Shown one piece after another: positions 5,357 through 5,895 of a DNA stretch of 5,895 nt. Both the position numbers and the translations under genes were made by a program. The stretch comes from a virus. The notes beneath the pieces are model-generated. The model ran no database searches, was not told the DNA's origin, and worked only from the letters and a program-made list of their open reading frames with translations. Each line of letters begins with the position of its first letter. Position 1 is the first letter of the stretch. The stretch covers positions 1 through 5,895 of IMG/VR virus record IMGVR_UViG_3300045988_005371. One strand, written 5' to 3'.

Positions 5357-5373
5357 AATCAAAGAAAGGAAGG
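5357..5373 (+). repeat. 17-nt leader repeat AATCAAAGAAAGGAAGG, copy 1 (contains the SD of ORF 5381)
   Basis: Identical to 5567-5583. Confidence 0.9.
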
Positions 5374-5380
5374 AATTAAA

Positions 5381-5560
5381 ATGAAGCAAAAGGAATACAA
5401 GTTCTTGGCAAAAATCACCTACAACGACGGCAAAGAAGAGTTAAATCCTTTTATCGACTACACGGCAAGCGCAAGAGCGCGAGCCAAAAAAGTAGCAAGG
5501 AGACCAGACGTATACACAGTAAAACTATACAGGATAGACAAAACCGAAGAATTTATCTAA
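5381..5560 (+). CDS. Hypothetical accessory protein, 59 aa (MKQKEYKFLAKITYNDGKEELNPFIDYTASARARAKKVARRPDVYTVKLYRIDKTEEFI)
   Basis: ATG 5381 has an AAGGAAGG SD upstream. The track start at 5345 lies inside the promoter -10 region. It is the first gene of a unit bounded by a promoter and a terminator. I recognise no family. Confidence 0.7.
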   Translation: MKQKEYKFLAKITYNDGKEELNPFIDYTASARARAKKVARRPDVYTVKLYRIDKTEEFI

Positions 5561-5566
5561 AGACTG

Positions 5567-5583
5567 AATCAAAGAAAGGAAGG
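5567..5583 (+). repeat. 17-nt leader repeat AATCAAAGAAAGGAAGG, copy 2 (contains the SD of ORF 5592)
   Basis: Identical to 5357-5373. Confidence 0.9.
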
Positions 5584-5591
5584 CAACAAAA

Positions 5592-5783
5592 ATGAAAAAG
5601 CCTAAACTAAACGAAAAAACCATCACAAGACTCGAAATCTACGGACAAGTATGGTGCAACAAATATTACTACGAGCTGAAAGACTACATAGACACAGAAG
5701 GAAACCGTTACACGATGCTTGAACGGACAAATCTTAGAACCGGAGGCATAGACGAATTCAATTGGGAAGAATACATTAAATAG
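5592..5783 (+). CDS. Hypothetical accessory protein, 63 aa (MKKPKLNEKTITRLEIYGQVWCNKYYYELKDYIDTEGNRYTMLERTNLRTGGIDEFNWEEYIK)
   Basis: ATG 5592 has the same AAGGAAGG SD upstream. The TAG stop lies inside the terminator stem. I recognise no family. Confidence 0.7.
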   Translation: MKKPKLNEKTITRLEIYGQVWCNKYYYELKDYIDTEGNRYTMLERTNLRTGGIDEFNWEEYIK

Positions 5784-5809
5784 GCTTGACAAGCCTATTT
5801 TTTTTTTTT
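5778..5809 (+). terminator. Rho-independent terminator of the two-ORF cassette
   Basis: TAGGCTT (5781-5787), GAC loop, AAGCCTA (5791-5797). Flanking A/T pairs extend the stem to 10 bp. It is followed by T12 (5798-5809). Confidence 0.75.
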
Positions 5810-5814
5810 ATACT
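5786..5814 (+). promoter_or_regulatory. Putative main-operon promoter TTGACA, 17 nt, TATACT, overlapping the terminator
   Basis: Consensus -35 TTGACA at 5786-5791 spans the hairpin loop. The spacer is exactly 17 nt and is mostly the T-tract. -10 TATACT is at 5809-5814, equal to 13-18 in the first repeat copy. It points into the gene block that starts at the 81-86 SD. Confidence 0.6.
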
Positions 5815-5895
5815 GAAAACAGTTAAACAGCACAAAAGTGCTCTTTTACAAAACCATTTATACAAAAATAATTTTTAGGAGGTATATGCTCTGAC
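5797..5895. repeat. Terminal direct repeat, copy B (identical to 1..99)
   Basis: See copy A. Confidence 0.95.

Noticed and set aside
5345-5380. ATG 5345 as the start of the first cassette ORF
   Set aside because: It lies within the -10/extended -10 of the promoter, so it would be upstream of or at the transcription start. ATG 5381 has the SD.

Overview
The window is a complete circular Microviridae genome of the Gokushovirinae type. Bases 1..99 are identical to 5797..5895, so the unit length is 5796 nt and the contig was linearised with a 99-nt overlap. All convincing genes are on the + strand and tightly packed, with ATGA and other overlaps. In order they are a possible CTG-start small ORF, a 75-aa hypothetical, a 39-aa very basic protein ending in RGGIRL (DNA-binding, J/VP8-like), then VP5-like, VP3 internal scaffold, VP1 major capsid, VP2 pilot/minor capsid and VP4 HUH replication initiator. 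The core module is ordinary. The unusual part is the roughly 0.9 kb after VP4. A strong terminator is followed by a 511-nt spacer with no long ORF. This spacer holds two GC-rich alternating purine-pyrimidine tracts, a (GTA)5 microsatellite, an array of TGTTGAA heptamers, two 21-nt direct repeats with DnaA-box-like cores beside an 8-bp hairpin, and a GC-rich island. Next comes a near-consensus extended -10 promoter driving two small ORFs of unknown function (59 and 63 aa) that share an identical 17-nt leader. They end at a terminator that overlaps the promoter of the main operon. I read the spacer as a candidate replication-origin/regulatory region and the two-ORF unit as a moron-like accessory cassette. 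Neither function can be assigned from sequence alone. No tRNA, rRNA, CRISPR array or transposable element is visible.
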